From Halarcobacter sp. (GTDB lineage: Bacteria > Campylobacterota > Campylobacteria > Campylobacterales > Arcobacteraceae): a stretch of 64,000 nucleotides of DNA. The stretch is from the NCBI GenBank assembly GCA_048571215.1, contig CP182352.1, positions 1,504,001 to 1,568,000 on the forward strand, given 5' to 3'. A program made the translations under genes and the position numbers. This document shows, one piece after another, positions 63,144 to 64,000 of this stretch. Every line of letters begins with the position of its first letter. The stretch's first letter is position 1. The notes under the pieces were generated by a model that was not told the DNA's origin, searched no databases, and was given only the letters and a program-made list of their open reading frames with translations.

Positions 63144-63593
63144 ATGAAAACTATAGAAAAAAGTACAATGATAAAATGTACCCAAGAAGAACTTTTTAAT
63201 TTTCACCTTGATTCAAACAATATTACAAAAATAACTCCACAAAATATAAAAGTAGAATTATTAAATAGTGATACTAAAACCTTTGAGGGTAAAATAGTAA
63301 GAATAAAAACTACAAAATTTTTTATTCCAACATATTGGGAAGTAAAAATCGAAAAACTAGTTATGCCAAATATTCTTGTAGATTTAGCTATTAAATCCCC
63401 GTTTAAATACTGGAAACATCATCATATATTTATAAAAAAAGGCAATATGTGTGAACTTATAGATAATATAGAGTATGAACTTCCTTTTGGTATATTTGGG
63501 AAGATTTTTCAACCATTTATTGAATACGATATAAAAAATATGTTTGAGTATAGACATAAAATAACTAAACAATTATTAGAAGATAAAACTTAA
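63144..63593 (+). CDS. SRPBCC/START-like lipid-binding domain protein
   Basis: LFNFH...NITKITP, SPFKYWKHHH, DNIEYELPFG, MFEYRH. Confidence 0.85.
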   Translation: MKTIEKSTMIKCTQEELFNFHLDSNNITKITPQNIKVELLNSDTKTFEGKIVRIKTTKFFIPTYWEVKIEKLVMPNILVDLAIKSPFKYWKHHHIFIKKGNMCELIDNIEYELPFGIFGKIFQPFIEYDIKNMFEYRHKITKQLLEDKT

Positions 63594-63601
63594 GACAAAT
63601 T

Positions 63602-63853
63602 ATGAAAACTATTTATGACATAAAAGAGGCAACAAAGGCTTGCGCAAAAGGAGAAGAGATAACTTTTGCAATAAACAAAGAGAATAAATACTCCTTGTTT
63701 TTATTTACCTATTATCAATATAAATACAAAACAAACAAAGAGTTTAAACACATCTCTTATGAAAAACCAAAAGATTTGCTTTACTACTTTTTGCTTTTTA
63801 TTTCAAAAATATCTTTTTCTTACTATAAACTAAGTTATAACTATAAAAAATGA
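63602..63853 (+). CDS. Hypothetical protein
   Basis: 83 aa ORF 8 nt after the SRPBCC gene; no recognised motif. Confidence 0.45.
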   Translation: MKTIYDIKEATKACAKGEEITFAINKENKYSLFLFTYYQYKYKTNKEFKHISYEKPKDLLYYFLLFISKISFSYYKLSYNYKK

Positions 63854-63858
63854 TACCT

Positions 63859-64000
63859 TTAATAAGCTCTTAAATACGACGGATTATCATATCCATTATA
63901 TTTAAACTGCTTTGCAGCTTTAAACATAAAGTTTGGTTCTCTTAAAAGCTCTCTTCCTAATGCCACAAAATCAGCTGTTTTATTGTTTAAAATCTCTTCA
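63859..64000 (-). CDS. NADH:flavin oxidoreductase (Old Yellow Enzyme, YqjM/NamA-like), C-terminal fragment
   Basis: Reverse strand reads EEILNNKTADFVALGRELLREPNF...SYLRAY*; not in the ORF track. Confidence 0.85.
   Translation of the reverse strand, partial: EEILNNKTADFVALGRELLREPNFMFKAAKQFKYNGYDNPSYLRAY

Overview
Very AT-rich bacterial chromosomal segment. Gene content and extended -10 promoter style suggest Campylobacterota, probably Arcobacteraceae (inference). I see no rRNA, tRNA, CRISPR array or transposase. Main blocks: (1) class I fumarase tail and fumC. (2) A ~22 kb two-partner secretion (TPS) locus: Sel1/PEGA protein, TpsB and a ~4,980 aa TpsA with a 3.8 kb exact A-B-A-A-B-A-A-B' repeat array. 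It is flanked by a degenerate response regulator on one side and a 7TM-DISM kinase / regulator / porin operon on the other. An identical 17-bp direct-repeat box sits 10 nt before the -10 of both the TPS operon and the degenerate regulator. (3) A NIT/CZB chemoreceptor, ligA and housekeeping genes. (4) A secreted CxxCH protein next to a 1,654 aa pseudokinase-ATPase-GAF-GGDEF protein. (5) A furan-fatty-acid-type (ufaD/ufaO/ufaM-like) lipid modification cluster extended by chelatase, thiD, phasin-like, pdxH, EAL, ABC1 kinase and lipocalin genes, with a candidate shared promoter motif. (6) A frameshifted REC-PAS-PAS-HD-GYP gene, a ZorAB/MotAB-like pair, thiI, transporters and an AraC-rhodanese-GNAT module. 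Two homopolymer frameshifts and two apparent non-AUG starts were found. All family assignments come from motif recognition by eye; no searches were run.
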